From Dickeya dadantii NCPPB 898 (GTDB taxonomy: Bacteria > Pseudomonadota > Gammaproteobacteria > Enterobacterales > Enterobacteriaceae), in NCBI RefSeq assembly GCF_000406145.1, contig NZ_CM001976.1, positions 3,233,206 through 3,265,205 of the forward strand: a DNA stretch of 32,000 nucleotides, in the 5' to 3' direction. Both the position numbers and the translations under genes were made by a program. This document shows positions 20,050 to 31,547 of the stretch, piece by piece. The notes under the pieces are model-generated. The model saw only the letters and a program-made list of their open reading frames with translations. It was not told where the DNA came from and did not search any database. Position 1 is the first letter of the stretch. The number at the start of each line of letters is the position of its first letter.

Positions 20050-20829
20050 TTATTCGCCGTAGACGTCGAAGTCAAAGTACTTCTTGGCCAGCTTGTCGTA
20101 GGTGCCGTCTTTGCGCATGGTCGCAAAGGCTTTATCCAGCGCGGCTTTCAGTTCGGTTTCGTTCTTGCGCAGCCCCATGCCGGTGCCCACGCCGAACAGT
20201 TTGTCGTCTTTCACCGCCGGGCCGGCAAACGCGTACTCTTTGCCTGCGGCCTGTTTCAGGAAGCCTTCGCTGCCCGCCACTTCATCCTGGAACGCAGCGT
20301 CGATACGGCCGGCGGTCAGGTCGGCATAGATCAGATCCTGATTCTGATAGGCGACGACATCGACGCCTTTCGGCTGCCAGTACTGGTTGGCGTAAGATTC
20401 CTGCGTGGATGCCTGCAGTACGCCGACACGCTTACCTTTCAGCGCCTCCAGCGTCGGCAGAATCGGCGATCCCTTTTTGGCGATCAGGCGGGCATTAGCC
20501 GCGTACAGTTTGTCCGTAAAGGCGATTTCCTGCTGGCGTTTCTCAGTAATCGACAGGGAAGAAATAATGGCGTCGATTTTCTTTGCTTTCAGCGACGGGA
20601 TCAGCGCGTCAAAATCACTCTCGACGAACGTGCAGTTTGCCTCGATGCGTTTGCACAACTCTTTTGCCAGATCGATATCAAACCCGACCAGTTGGCCGCT
20701 GGCGTCTTTGGATTCAAACGGTGCATAAGTAGGGTCGGTGCCAATCTTGATGTTTTTCGGAACCTCGGCGAGGGCACTGCCTGCTGCGAATACCAACGCC
20801 AGGGGCAAAAGTTTCAACATTTTTTTCAT
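20050..20829 (-). CDS. hisJ: Periplasmic histidine / lysine-arginine-ornithine binding protein (HisJ/ArgT family)
   Basis: The 259-aa ORF has a signal peptide [21 protein letters not shown]. The mature part is collinear with E. coli HisJ ([46 protein letters not shown]). Only one binding-protein gene is present. Confidence 0.94.
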   Translation of the reverse strand: MKKMLKLLPLALVFAAGSALAEVPKNIKIGTDPTYAPFESKDASGQLVGFDIDLAKELCKRIEANCTFVESDFDALIPSLKAKKIDAIISSLSITEKRQQEIAFTDKLYAANARLIAKKGSPILPTLEALKGKRVGVLQASTQESYANQYWQPKGVDVVAYQNQDLIYADLTAGRIDAAFQDEVAGSEGFLKQAAGKEYAFAGPAVKDDKLFGVGTGMGLRKNETELKAALDKAFATMRKDGTYDKLAKKYFDFDVYGE

Positions 20830-20948
20830 TGCGTTACCCTTATTTTATGATTGTGTATGCCTAAGTGATTAGTGAAATCTGACCGCGAAATGGTTGTGAT
20901 GAATACGTTTGCCGTGTGCGTTAATCCGCACGTTGTTTGTCAAAACAT

Positions 20949-20964
20949 AGCAAATTTTATGCCA
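20949..20964 (-). promoter_or_regulatory. Sigma54 (-24/-12) promoter candidate for hisJQMP
   Basis: The minus strand reads TGGCATAAAATTTGCT, against the consensus TGGCACG-N4-TTGCW. The GG-to-GC spacing is canonical. It lies about 120 nt upstream of the hisJ ATG. Confidence 0.65.
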
Positions 20965-21024
20965 TAAAGAATATGCAATTCTGCATAAAATCAGGTGTGG
21001 TGATCATGATAGTCGCATCAATGT

Positions 21025-21037
21025 AATCAATGAATTA
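21025..21037 (+). promoter_or_regulatory. IHF-consensus-like site between the enhancer and the sigma54 promoter
   Basis: AATCAATGAATTA fits WATCAANNNNTTR. The consensus is loose, so this rests mainly on its position between the NtrC-like site and the -24/-12 element. Confidence 0.35.
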
Positions 21038-21090
21038 TGTCAACTCATGCTATCGGGATAAGCAGTCAGGCAACGGTGATTTGCATTTTT

Positions 21091-21107
21091 TGCACAATAT
21101 TGGTGCA
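21091..21107. promoter_or_regulatory. NtrC (NRI) enhancer-type binding site
   Basis: TGCACAATATTGGTGCA matches the NtrC consensus TGCACCANNNTGGTGCA at all but one specified position. It differs at a single base from my recollection of E. coli glnA site 2. It lies roughly 160 bp upstream of the predicted sigma54 start. Confidence 0.65.
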
Positions 21108-21216
21108 TATCGGCGCACCATAAAAAACAACGCGCCACAAAAAGGTGCAAAACATCACATCTGCGCCGGGCAGACCGGCGACGTGACGGCATGGCTTGTT
21201 ATTACAAATGAGGTGT

Positions 21217-21786
21217 TTACGCGCCCTGCCAGCGCGTAAACAGATCCTGGGGTAGCGCAATGTCAAACTGATCAATCACCCGATTGACGGTCTGATCGAC
21301 GATATCCTGCACAGTTTGTGGGCGGTGATAAAATGCGGGCACCGGCGGCATGATCACCGCGCCCATTTCGGCGGCGGCGTTCATCAAGCGCAGATGACCG
21401 AGGTGGAGCGGCGTTTCCCGCACGCACAATACCAGCGGGCGACGCTCTTTCAGCACCACGTCCGCCGCACGGGTCAGCAGGCTGTCGGTATAACTATGGG
21501 TAATGCCGGATAGGGTCTTGATAGAACAGGGAAGAATCGCCATACCGGCCGTTTTGAACGAGCCTGACGAGATGCTGGCGGCGATATCGCGGGAATCGTG
21601 CACCACATCGGCCAGCGATTGTACATCGCGCACGGTCAAATCCGTCTCCAGCGATAGCGTTTGCCGGGCCGCCGGGCTCATCACCAGGTGGGTTTCAATC
21701 CCGGCAACCGGCTGCAGCACCTGCAACAACCGCACCCCGTATATCACGCCGCTGGCGCCGGAAATACCGACAATCAGTCGCTTCAT
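21217..21786 (-). CDS. ubiX: Flavin prenyltransferase UbiX
   Basis: From the ATG at 21786 the ORF reads MKRLIVGISGASGVIYGVRLLQVL... It is 189 aa, the same as E. coli UbiX, with a GAGG RBS 5 nt upstream. The track uses a GTG two codons further up (21792). Confidence 0.95.
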   Translation of the reverse strand: MKRLIVGISGASGVIYGVRLLQVLQPVAGIETHLVMSPAARQTLSLETDLTVRDVQSLADVVHDSRDIAASISSGSFKTAGMAILPCSIKTLSGITHSYTDSLLTRAADVVLKERRPLVLCVRETPLHLGHLRLMNAAAEMGAVIMPPVPAFYHRPQTVQDIVDQTVNRVIDQFDIALPQDLFTRWQGA

Positions 21787-21877
21787 TCTCACCTCTCAGA
21801 CCCACCGCAACAGAGACGGCAAAACATGTGCGCTGACTTTGCCGCATCACCGGAGGATTGGCAAGAATAACAGCGAC

Positions 21878-21906
21878 AAAAAAAGGGAGCCTGCGCTCCC
21901 TTTTTT
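21878..21906 (-). terminator. Rho-independent terminator after purF (bidirectional in form)
   Basis: The stem GGGAGC / GCTCCC has loop CTGC. It is flanked by a 7-A run (21878-21884) and a 6-T run (21901-21906). It lies 22 nt downstream of the purF stop on the minus strand. Confidence 0.8.
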
Positions 21907-21928
21907 AACCACGAGCGGCGATCAATTA

Positions 21929-23446
<1,518 letters not shown>

Positions 23447-23476
23447 GTGGTCTTTTCCTCATCAGCGCTACCGCGG

Positions 23477-23968
23477 CTAGATGTGCCGCGGCAAGAAACT
23501 CGACGTGCTTTGCAGGTAGTCAAAAAACCACCTGATGATATAACTGAACTGCGGGATTAAATGGGACTGCTTCCAGTCAGCACTCTGTGAAAAACCGGTG
23601 AAGGTATCCAGAAAGAACAGCAGCGCGGAGACAATCAGCACACCGCGCAATGCACCGAAGCAAATGCCCAGTACCCGGTCAGTGCCTGACAATCCGGTGC
23701 GTTCAACCAGCGAACCGATCACATAATTAACGATAGCGCCCACAATCAACGTCGCAACAAACAGAATGGCAATGGCGATACCGTTGCGCACCAGCTCATC
23801 ATTAAACCGCGTGAAATAGACCGCGAGATAGGCATAGTAGTGGCTGGCGATAAAGAACGCCGCCCCCCAGGTCACCAGTGACAGCGCTTCACGTACAAAC
23901 CCCCGGATGAGACTGACCAGAGCCGAGAATCCGATAATACCGATAATGACGTAATCAACCCAAACCAT
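23477..23968 (-). CDS. cvpA: Colicin V production membrane protein CvpA
   Basis: The 163-aa four-[39 protein letters not shown]... lies immediately upstream of purF, as in E. coli. Confidence 0.95.
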   Translation of the reverse strand: MVWVDYVIIGIIGFSALVSLIRGFVREALSLVTWGAAFFIASHYYAYLAVYFTRFNDELVRNGIAIAILFVATLIVGAIVNYVIGSLVERTGLSGTDRVLGICFGALRGVLIVSALLFFLDTFTGFSQSADWKQSHLIPQFSYIIRWFFDYLQSTSSFLPRHI

Positions 23969-24039
23969 GAACTATCCTAATAATGAACGATGACAATCGC
24001 AGCGCCGGTCATCCTGTTCGCGGCGCATTCTAACAGAAA

Positions 24040-24055
24040 AAGAAAACGTTTGCGT
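24040..24055 (-). promoter_or_regulatory. PurR operator (PUR box) of the cvpA-purF operon
   Basis: The plus strand reads AAGAAAACGTTTGCGT, so the minus strand reads ACGCAAACGTTTTCTT. This fits the PUR box consensus ACGCAAACGTTTNCNT and matches the E. coli purF operator sequence as I recall it. It lies 72-87 bp upstream of the cvpA ATG. Confidence 0.8.
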
Positions 24056-24171
24056 AGCGTATTTCCCGCCGATTTTTTCGATAGGCGAAGAAATAAAAAA
24101 AACCTTTCGCCGCCACGCGGATAGCGCCCTTGTCCATCGCGCGCCGCCGATGACGCCCCCGTGTTCCGCCC

Positions 24172-24205
24172 ACAAAATAAAGGGGCAAGGTCGCTTCGCT
24201 CCCCT
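24172..24205 (-). terminator. Weak terminator candidate after dedD
   Basis: The minus strand reads AGGGG-(15 nt)-CCCCT followed by TTATTTTGTG, about 30 nt after the dedD stop. The stem is short and the loop large. Confidence 0.35.
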
Positions 24206-24234
24206 ACCCCTGCTGGTATTCCTGATTCGTCGCC

Positions 24235-25051
24235 TTAGCGCGCGCTGTACGACCGGACTTGCCCGCTCAGACCGCTAAGCTGCTGCAGCTCGCCCAGCGC
24301 CGACTGCAGTTTCTGCTTCGAGGCATCCGGCCCGACGTAGATACGGGTAATCTGCCCCGCCACCGGCGCCGACGGCACGGTATAGGCCCGATAACCGGAC
24401 AGACGCAGCTTGGCGACAATCTCATTGACCTTATCGGCATTCTTCAGCGCGCCCAACTGCACCACAAAAGCCTGACCGGCCGGCGCCTGCTGCTCCTGAG
24501 GCGTCGGTTTGCTTTCCGGCGCCTTGTTTTCCGTTTTAGCTTCCGCCACGCGAGTGTCGACCGGTTTACTTTCAGCCGCACTTTCAGCCGCTTTCGCCTC
24601 GGGCTTTCGCCTCGGGCTTCGGCCGGGTTTCCGGTTTTTTGACTTCAGGCTTGGCCGGTTGCGCCTTCATCGCCGGCGGTGCCACTTGCTGTACCGGCGG
24701 GCGTGGTTCGGTCACCACCGGCGCCGGCGTTGCGGCCGGGCGGGAAGACGACGGCTGAGACGCACCGTGACGAGCGGAGGATTGCGTTGAATCCGGCTCT
24801 TCAGCGGTGGACTCATTCTTACTCTGCATCGCCGCCTCGGCCCCTTCGGGCGGCTGGGCCGACAACGACTGATTTATCGGCGGCATCGACTCCGCTTCCA
24901 GTGTATCGCCCGGTTTGGGAACTAACGGGATAGCGGCAAAATCATCTTCATAATGTTTTTTCTTACCATCCAGCAGGCCGGGAAGCACGATCACCCCCAG
25001 CGCCACCAGTACAACCGTTCCTACCAGGCGATTCTGAAATTTACTCGCCAT
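24235..25051 (-). pseudogene. dedD: Cell-division SPOR-domain protein DedD, reading frame broken by a 13-bp tandem duplication
   Basis: The N-terminal ORF 24584..25051 reads MASKFQNRLVGTVVLVALGVIVLPGLLDGKKKHYEDDFAAIPLVPKPGD..., a TM anchor plus P/A/K/E linker, and stops after ..KPEAKARGESG. The SPOR-domain ORF 24235..24549 (..AFVVQLGALKNADKVNEIVAKLRLSGYRAY..VGPDASKQKLQSALGELQQLSGLSG..) is in another frame. Removing one 13-mer copy joins them into one 267-codon ORF collinear with E. coli DedD. Confidence 0.85.
24592..24617. repeat. Perfect 13-bp tandem duplication (TTTCGCCTCGGGC x2) inside dedD
   Basis: The two copies at 24592-24604 and 24605-24617 were read directly from the sequence. An adjacent in-frame 12-bp tandem ACTTTCAGCCGC x2 lies at 24568-24591. 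Confidence 0.95.
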
Positions 25052-26309
25052 GCGTTCCGCTCCCGTCCAGCGCTTCCATCACATGCGCGACAGTATGGAA
25101 AGAACCACAAACAATGACTACATCATCTTCGCCGGCGTCCTGCATCGCCTGCCGCCAGGCCGTCGCAACATCCGGGAATGACGTACAGCTCTCCAGATGC
25201 GTGGCCAGCAACCCGGCATCGGCGCCGCGCAGCCCCTCCAGCGGAGCGCAATACCACACATCCACCTGCGGCTTAAGATGCGCCAGCGTACCGGGGATGT
25301 CTTTATCCGCCAGCATACCAATCACCGCCCGTACCCGGCCGGCGTGCGGTAAATCAGCCAGCCGCGCGGCCAGATAGGCCGCGGCATGAGGATTATGCGC
25401 GACATCCAGAATCAGCAACGGCTTTTCGCTCACAATCTGGAAACGTCCCGGCAATTGCGCCTGACGTAACCCCTGATAAATGGCGTCAACGGTCAGCGTG
25501 ATATCGGAGGCCTGCAGCGCCGCCAGAGCGGTCGCCGCATTCGCCAGCGGAACGGTTGGAACGGGTAATCCTTCATAATGCACATCGCCGCCCTGCCAAC
25601 GCCAGCCGTCATCCTGCAATGAGAATTGCCAGTCAGATCCGCGCCGGAACAGCTGCGCGCCTTTTTCCTGCGCGACGGCGGCAATCGATGCCGGCATATC
25701 CGGTTCGCCCACGACGGCCGGCCGGTTCCCACGGAAAATTCCCGCCTTTTCGCGGCCGATGCTTTCCCGGTCGTTACCCAGCCAGTCGGTGTGATCCAGC
25801 GCGATGCTGGTCACGACCGCGACATCGGCATCAACAATATTGGTGGCATCCAGACGGCCGCCCAGCCCGACTTCCAGAATCACCACATCCAGTTGCGCCT
25901 GCTTAAACAACCACAGCGCCGCCAGCGTGCCGAATTCAAAATAGGTCAGCGACGTGCCGTTGCGACCAGCCTCGATCGCGGCAAATGCCTCGGCGTGGCT
26001 GGACTCCGGCAATTCGCGGCCCTGAATGCGCACCCGTTCGGTATAACGCAGCAGGTGTGGTGAACTGTACACCCCAACCCGCAGCCCGGCGGCGATCAAA
26101 ATGGATTCCAGCGTGCAGCACGTGGTGCCTTTGCCGTTGGTGCCGGCCACGGTAAACACGCGAGGAGCCGGTTGCAGCAGGTGCAGGCGTTCCGCCGCCA
26201 GTTGGATGCGATCCAGACCGAGGTCGATGGTCTGAAAGTGTAGGTGTTCAAGATAGTTAAGCCACGTGGCCAGAGGCGACGTGGCTTGAGGTGTCTGAAG
26301 ATTGTCCAT
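25041..26309 (-). CDS. folC: Bifunctional folylpolyglutamate synthase / dihydrofolate synthase
   Basis: The 422-aa ORF equals E. coli FolC in length. It has a P-loop VAGTNGKGTT and ..LTYFEFGTLAALWLFKQAQLDVVILEVGLGGRLDATN... Its stop overlaps the dedD start by 11 nt. Confidence 0.97.
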   Translation of the reverse strand: MDNLQTPQATSPLATWLNYLEHLHFQTIDLGLDRIQLAAERLHLLQPAPRVFTVAGTNGKGTTCCTLESILIAAGLRVGVYSSPHLLRYTERVRIQGRELPESSHAEAFAAIEAGRNGTSLTYFEFGTLAALWLFKQAQLDVVILEVGLGGRLDATNIVDADVAVVTSIALDHTDWLGNDRESIGREKAGIFRGNRPAVVGEPDMPASIAAVAQEKGAQLFRRGSDWQFSLQDDGWRWQGGDVHYEGLPVPTVPLANAATALAALQASDITLTVDAIYQGLRQAQLPGRFQIVSEKPLLILDVAHNPHAAAYLAARLADLPHAGRVRAVIGMLADKDIPGTLAHLKPQVDVWYCAPLEGLRGADAGLLATHLESCTSFPDVATAWRQAMQDAGEDDVVIVCGSFHTVAHVMEALDGSGTHGE

Positions 26310-26388
26310 GAGTCCCGTTCACTGACTTACGGTTGATTGCTGCCGGGAACACGGCAACGATGCCGCCCTGCTCCCGGTTTATCATTGA

Positions 26389-27300
26389 TTAGACTTCACT
26401 CTGTGATTCAGGCGAGGCGGACGACCGCGCCACGGCGGATTCCTGCGGCTCCGGGCGATTCGTCAACCGGGACAGGATGCTCGCCAATTTGTAGCGCATA
26501 TCCGCACGACGGACGATCATATCGATGGCACCTTTTTCCAGCAGGAATTCGCTGCGCTGGAAGCCCGGCGGCAGCTTTTCGCGCACCGTCTGCTCAATAA
26601 CGCGCGGGCCGGCAAAACCGATCAGCGCTTTCGGCTCGGCGATGTTCAAATCGCCCAGCATCGCCAGACTGGCGGATACGCCGCCCATCGTCGGGTCGGT
26701 CAGCACCGAAATATACGGCAGACCGCGTTCGCGCAATTTCGCCAACGCCGCACTGGTTTTCGCCATCTGCATCAGCGACATCAGCGCTTCCTGCATACGG
26801 GCGCCGCCGCTGGCGGAGAAGCAAACCAGCGGACAATTGTCTTCCAGCGCCTGCTCGACGGCACGGACAAACCGCGCGCCAACGACAGACGCCATCGAAC
26901 CGCCCATGAAGGAGAACTCGAACGAAGCCGCAACCACCGGCATGTCGTACAGCGTGCCCTTCATCACTATCAGGGCGTCTTTCTCGTCAGACTGCTTCTG
27001 CGCCGCGGCGATACGGTCCTTGTATTTTTTGGAGTCCCTGAACTTCAGGACATCTTTGGGCTCCAGCTCGCTGCCCAGCTCCACCATGCCTTCTTTGTCC
27101 AGAAACGCATGGAGACGAGCCCGGGCGGATAACCGCATGTGGTGATCACATTTCGGACACACTTCCAGGTTGCGCTCCAGCTCGGCGCGGTAAAGCACCT
27201 GACCGCAACTGTCACATTTAGTCCACACCCCTTCAGGAATATTCGCCTTGCGGGTTGGCGTGACATTACTTTTATTAAGAATTCGTTCAATCCAGCTCAT
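26389..27300 (-). CDS. accD: Acetyl-CoA carboxylase carboxyltransferase beta subunit
   Basis: The 303-aa [15 protein letters not shown]... has an N-terminal Zn ribbon [23 protein letters not shown]. The rest is collinear with E. coli AccD. Confidence 0.97.
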   Translation of the reverse strand: MSWIERILNKSNVTPTRKANIPEGVWTKCDSCGQVLYRAELERNLEVCPKCDHHMRLSARARLHAFLDKEGMVELGSELEPKDVLKFRDSKKYKDRIAAAQKQSDEKDALIVMKGTLYDMPVVAASFEFSFMGGSMASVVGARFVRAVEQALEDNCPLVCFSASGGARMQEALMSLMQMAKTSAALAKLRERGLPYISVLTDPTMGGVSASLAMLGDLNIAEPKALIGFAGPRVIEQTVREKLPPGFQRSEFLLEKGAIDMIVRRADMRYKLASILSRLTNRPEPQESAVARSSASPESQSEV

Positions 27301-27530
27301 TGATAACCTTTCTGCTTGAACCTGGCACCAGCCAGTACGCTGCTACACGTTACCCCATCCCTGGCAACGCCGTCGATAAAGCGATATCGCACCCCGGCTA
27401 CGCCGGGATAAGACATTGGCATTCAGGCGTGTTCATACAAACACAGCCGTAAATGCTGCTCATTAAACCATAACGATCCGGACGTGTGGATAAAAAACTG
27501 GTCAAACCGGATGTTAAAATAATTTTCCAC

Positions 27531-28196
27531 TTATTTCATATTTTGCCGCGTCATAGCGCGCTTATGCCGCCAGAACTCGATCAACCCCGGCAGAATGGAG
27601 ATGAAGATGATCGCCACGATCAATAACTTCAGGTTCTCCTGCACTATCGGCAGATCGCCGAACAAGTAGCCGGCATAGGTGAACAACAGCACCCACAGCA
27701 GCGCGCCGGTCACGTTATACAGGGCGAACTCGCGGTAACGCATGTGCCCCATCCCGGCGACAAAGGGCGCAAATGTTCTCACAATCGGCACAAAGCGCGC
27801 CAGAATTATTGTTTTGCCGCCGTGACGTTCATAAAACGCGTGGGTGCGATCCAGATAGCTACGCCGGAAAATGCGCGAGTTGGGGTTGCGGAACAATTTC
27901 TCGCCGAACAGCCGGCCGATAGTGTAATTCACCGCATCGCCCAACACCGCGGCCACCACCATCAGCGCCACCATCAGATGGACATTCAGGTCATTGGTCG
28001 GCAACGCGGCCAGCGCACCCGCCACAAACAGCAGCGAATCGCCGGGCAGGAACGGCGTGACCACCAGGCCGGTTTCGCAAAACAGAATCAGGAACAGAAT
28101 CGCGTAAATCCACACGCCATACTGCGCCACCAACTCGGCCAGGTGCACATCAATGTGCAGGATGAAATCAATGATAAACCGTACAAAATCCAGCAT
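27531..28196 (-). CDS. dedA: DedA-family inner membrane protein
   Basis: From the ATG at 28196 the ORF reads [57 protein letters not shown]... It is 221 aa, versus 219 aa for E. coli DedA, with an AAGGA RBS 7 nt upstream. The track start (GTG at 28232) adds 12 unconserved codons. Confidence 0.94.
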   Translation of the reverse strand: MLDFVRFIIDFILHIDVHLAELVAQYGVWIYAILFLILFCETGLVVTPFLPGDSLLFVAGALAALPTNDLNVHLMVALMVVAAVLGDAVNYTIGRLFGEKLFRNPNSRIFRRSYLDRTHAFYERHGGKTIILARFVPIVRTFAPFVAGMGHMRYREFALYNVTGALLWVLLFTYAGYLFGDLPIVQENLKLLIVAIIFISILPGLIEFWRHKRAMTRQNMK

Positions 28197-28259
28197 AATC
28201 GCGTCCTTATTCAGTTCAAATGCCGACTTCACCGTGCGTTGACGGCGCGCCAGTTACCC

Positions 28260-29090
28260 TTAAATCGCCTCATCCGGCAGAAATAGCGGCCCCATCGACG
28301 CGCATGGAATACCGAATTCCCGCGGATAATCCACCGAAACCAGATACAACCCATCGGCTTTCGCCGTCGCGGCGGCCAGCGTTCGATCCTTCGCCGCCAG
28401 CAATTCGGCCATCCAGTTTTCCGACTGGTTGCCGCACCCGATCTCCATCAGGCTGCCGACAATGTTGCGCACCATATGATGCACAAACGCGTTGGCCTTA
28501 ATGTCCACCACCACATAGTCCCCTTGACGCGCCACCCGCAGGTGCATCAGGTTGCGCCAGGGCGTGCGCGACTGGCACTGCACCGCGCGGAACGAGGTAA
28601 AATCGTTCTCGCCCAGCAGGCACTGGCCGGCGCGGTGCATGCGCTCGGCATCCAGCGGCAGGTAGTAATGCGTCACGCCGCGCGACAGGATCGCCGGCCG
28701 GAAACGCCGGTTATAAATCACGTAGCGGTAACGACGGGCCGTGGCGCTAAAACGGGCATGAAACGCATCATCCACCGTTTTCACCCAACGCACCGCGATA
28801 TCCGGCGGCAGGTTGGCGTTGACGCCCATAGTCCAGGCCGCATCTTTACGCGCCGCCCGGGTGGTGAAATGCACCACCTGCCCGGTGGCGTGTACCCCGG
28901 CATCGGTACGACCGGCGCAAAAGACGTCGATTCGCTCGTTCGCTACCTGAGACAGCGCCGCCTCCAGGCAACCCTGAACGCTGTCTACCTCGGCCTGACG
29001 CTGCCAGCCGTAATAACGGCTACCGTCATACTCGATCCCCAGGGCGATTTTCAGCGGCGCCTCGTCGTCCGCATGCAGCAACGCCGTCAT
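28260..29090 (-). CDS. truA: tRNA pseudouridine(38-40) synthase
   Basis: The 276-aa ORF reads ..[38 protein letters not shown].., which includes the catalytic Asp motif. It is collinear with E. coli TruA. Its start overlaps the usg stop by 1 nt (TAATG). Confidence 0.96.
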   Translation of the reverse strand: MTALLHADDEAPLKIALGIEYDGSRYYGWQRQAEVDSVQGCLEAALSQVANERIDVFCAGRTDAGVHATGQVVHFTTRAARKDAAWTMGVNANLPPDIAVRWVKTVDDAFHARFSATARRYRYVIYNRRFRPAILSRGVTHYYLPLDAERMHRAGQCLLGENDFTSFRAVQCQSRTPWRNLMHLRVARQGDYVVVDIKANAFVHHMVRNIVGSLMEIGCGNQSENWMAELLAAKDRTLAAATAKADGLYLVSVDYPREFGIPCASMGPLFLPDEAI

Positions 29091-30100
29091 TACCCCAGGT
29101 ACTCCTCAACCAGCCGCTCGGCGGTTTCCACCGCCATTAACGCGCCGCCGAAACGGATATTGTCGGCCACCGACCAGAACTGCAACAGTTCGGGAATGCC
29201 GTAATCGTTGCGCAGGCAGCCGATATTCAACTGCACATTGCCGGAGGCGTCTTCCACCTGCGTCGGGTAGTCGTCTTCCTCGCTCAGCGCCACATCGCCC
29301 GCCTGCGCCAGCACGTCGCGCGCCTCCTCGGCAGACAGCGGACGCAGCGCCTCCAGATGCACCACCTGCGCATGGCCGTAAAACACCGGCGACTGCACAC
29401 AGCTAACCGAAATCGGCAGGCCGTCGTCCTGCAATACCTTGCGCACCTGATCCACCAGCCGGCGCTCCTCGCGCACGCTGCCTTCGCTATCCGCCAGCAG
29501 CGGCAACAGGTTGAACGCCAGCTGTTTCGGGAACAGACCCGGCTCAGCCGGAATGCCGTTGAGCAGGCGGGCGCTTTGACCGGCCAAATCATCCACCGCC
29601 GCCTTGCCGTGAGCCGACACCGACAGCAGCGTGGTTACATGCAGACGCGACAACCCGGCCTGCTCCGTCAGCGGTTTGATCGCCGTGAGCAACTGGCTGG
29701 TGAGGCTGTCCGCCACCGCCACGATATTGCGGTTGCGGTAATCCGCCAGCACGTGCGGGTTGACGCCCGGCACCACCAGCGGCACGTCCGGCTCCAGCGC
29801 GAACAGGCCACTGCTGTCAATCACCAGACAACCGGCGTTGCCCGCCGCTTCGGCATAGCGGGCGCTGGCTTCCATACCGGCCACGAAAAAAGCCAGTTGT
29901 ACCTGCGACCAGTCGAAATCCGCGGCGTTTTCCACCCGCAGCGAACGGCCGCTAAAACGCAGGCTCTCGCCGGCGCCGTTTTCACTCGCCAGCGCATAAA
30001 GCTCACCCACGGGAAACTCACGTTCCTGCAACAGCTCCAGCAAAGCGGTGCCGACGGCGCCGGTCGCGCCCAGCAGCGCGATATTCCAGCCATTGGACAT
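29090..30100 (-). CDS. usg: USG-1 protein (aspartate-semialdehyde dehydrogenase paralogue)
   Basis: The 336-aa [42 protein letters not shown]... has a Rossmann GATGAVG motif. It is collinear with E. coli Usg (337 aa). Confidence 0.95.
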   Translation of the reverse strand: MSNGWNIALLGATGAVGTALLELLQEREFPVGELYALASENGAGESLRFSGRSLRVENAADFDWSQVQLAFFVAGMEASARYAEAAGNAGCLVIDSSGLFALEPDVPLVVPGVNPHVLADYRNRNIVAVADSLTSQLLTAIKPLTEQAGLSRLHVTTLLSVSAHGKAAVDDLAGQSARLLNGIPAEPGLFPKQLAFNLLPLLADSEGSVREERRLVDQVRKVLQDDGLPISVSCVQSPVFYGHAQVVHLEALRPLSAEEARDVLAQAGDVALSEEDDYPTQVEDASGNVQLNIGCLRNDYGIPELLQFWSVADNIRFGGALMAVETAERLVEEYLG

Positions 30101-30185
30101 GTGATCGTTCTCCCCAACAATAATGAATAAAACACACCGGACGATGATCGCACCGCCCGGATTAATCTGATTTTGATACAGGAAA

Positions 30186-31319
30186 TTAGTGATCGTTAAC
30201 CGACGCGGTAAAACCCAGCCGGTTCAGCCGGTCTGCGCTCTCCCGATCGGCGCAGACGACATGCAGCGATGACCACTCGCGCCGTTCCTGATAGAACTTG
30301 CGCAGCCGGTCAAATTCGCCGGACAGGTGCGCCACCTGACGCAGCAGGGCGTCATCGCGGCGCACATCATACACCAGATGCACCAGCCGTTTGAGCTGAT
30401 GCTCATCCAGCGGCACGGTCAGGGTTATTTCAGCCAGTTCCGGCACCGGCAGCAGCGACGACAAAGCGACCTGTTGCGGCTGACCGATAAAACGGCTCCA
30501 GGCTTCGAACACCTGGGTGGTGCCGCGCGCCTTGCCTTCCAGCGTATAACCGGCGATATGCGCGGTGCCGATGTCGACCCGATCAAGCAATTCGATGGAC
30601 AATTCCGGCTCCGGTTCCCACACGTCCAGCACGACGCTGATGTTTTGGCCACCTTGCAACGCCGCCAGCAAAGCGGCGTTATCCACCACCGGACCACGAC
30701 AGGCGTTGATCAGAATGGCGCCGTCCTTCAGACGCGCCAGCAACGCGGCATTCACGCTGTGCCAGGTGGCGTAAGGGCCGTCTTTCAGCAGCGGGGTATG
30801 AAAGGTCAGCACATCGGCCTGTTCCACTACCTCGTCCAGCGACAGGAACGACCCGCTGTCGCCGCGATCCGCCCGCGGCGGGTCGCACAGCAACGTGCGC
30901 ACGCCCAGCGCCGTCAGCCGGTCATTGAGGCGAGAACCCACGTTGCCCACCCCGATAATGCCGACGGTACGATCCGTCAGCGCGAAGCCATCGCGTTCCG
31001 CCAGCATCAGCAGGGCGGAAAACACATACTCCACCACCGCAATCGCGTTGCAACCGGGCGCGGCGGAAAACGCGATCCCCTGTTGGCGCAGGAACGCTTC
31101 ATCGACATGATCCGTGCCCGCCGTCGCCGTACCGACAAATTTCACCGCCTTGCCGGTCAGCAGGTCGGCGTTCACTTTGGTGACCGAGCGCACCATCAAA
31201 GCATCCGCCCCGTTAAGAGCATCCGTCGGAATCGGCCGCCCCGGCACCGCCGTAACCTCGCCCAGACGGCTGAACAGCGTCTGCGCGTAAGGCATATTTT
31301 CATCAACTAGGATTTTCAC
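30186..31319 (-). CDS. pdxB: Erythronate-4-phosphate dehydrogenase
   Basis: From the GTG at 31319 the ORF reads (M)[30 protein letters not shown]... It is 377 aa, versus 378 aa for E. coli PdxB, with the NAD motif [12 protein letters not shown] and an AGGAAA RBS. The track start at 31400 adds 27 unconserved Arg/Cys-rich codons. Confidence 0.95.
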   Translation of the reverse strand: MKILVDENMPYAQTLFSRLGEVTAVPGRPIPTDALNGADALMVRSVTKVNADLLTGKAVKFVGTATAGTDHVDEAFLRQQGIAFSAAPGCNAIAVVEYVFSALLMLAERDGFALTDRTVGIIGVGNVGSRLNDRLTALGVRTLLCDPPRADRGDSGSFLSLDEVVEQADVLTFHTPLLKDGPYATWHSVNAALLARLKDGAILINACRGPVVDNAALLAALQGGQNISVVLDVWEPEPELSIELLDRVDIGTAHIAGYTLEGKARGTTQVFEAWSRFIGQPQQVALSSLLPVPELAEITLTVPLDEHQLKRLVHLVYDVRRDDALLRQVAHLSGEFDRLRKFYQERREWSSLHVVCADRESADRLNRLGFTASVNDH

Positions 31320-31547
31320 GTTGGCTTTCCTGATAGACCGCTGACGACACCCGCGCCGCCGCGATGAAACGAAGGGCATTATTCTGCCACAAACCGGCAA
31401 GCGGGAACACTGACGACGGGTGCGGCGCCGGCCCGTAATCTTGCATGATGCGGGTCGCAGAAACCGTTATCCAGGCGGCAGACGGCTGCTTTGCAAAGAC
31501 GACTGCTTTACGGGCCACGCAGCACATCCTGGTACCACGACGCCTTA

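Noticed and set aside
21101-21120. Inverted repeat TGGTGC-N8-GCACCA, considered as a second NtrC site
   Set aside because: Its half-site orientation and spacing are the reverse of the NtrC consensus (TGCACC-N5-GGTGCA). It is probably just the overlap of the real site with adjacent sequence.
24259-24933. Plus-strand Arg/Leu-rich ORFs over the dedD linker
   Set aside because: These are antisense translations of the P/A/K/E-rich repeat tract of dedD. They are a low-complexity artefact.
30327-31310. 327-aa plus-strand ORF, and likewise 29357..30130 and 28476..29204
   Set aside because: These are antisense shadows of pdxB, usg and truA. Their Arg/Gln/His-rich sequence is not protein-like.
31303-31527. 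74-aa minus-strand ORF overlapping the pdxB start, and the 27-codon N-terminal extension of the pdxB ORF (to 31400)
   Set aside because: The PdxB orthologue N-terminus ([11 protein letters not shown]) begins at the GTG at 31319, which has a good RBS. The upstream codons are Arg/Cys-rich and unconserved. The 74-aa ORF has no RBS and no recognisable features.
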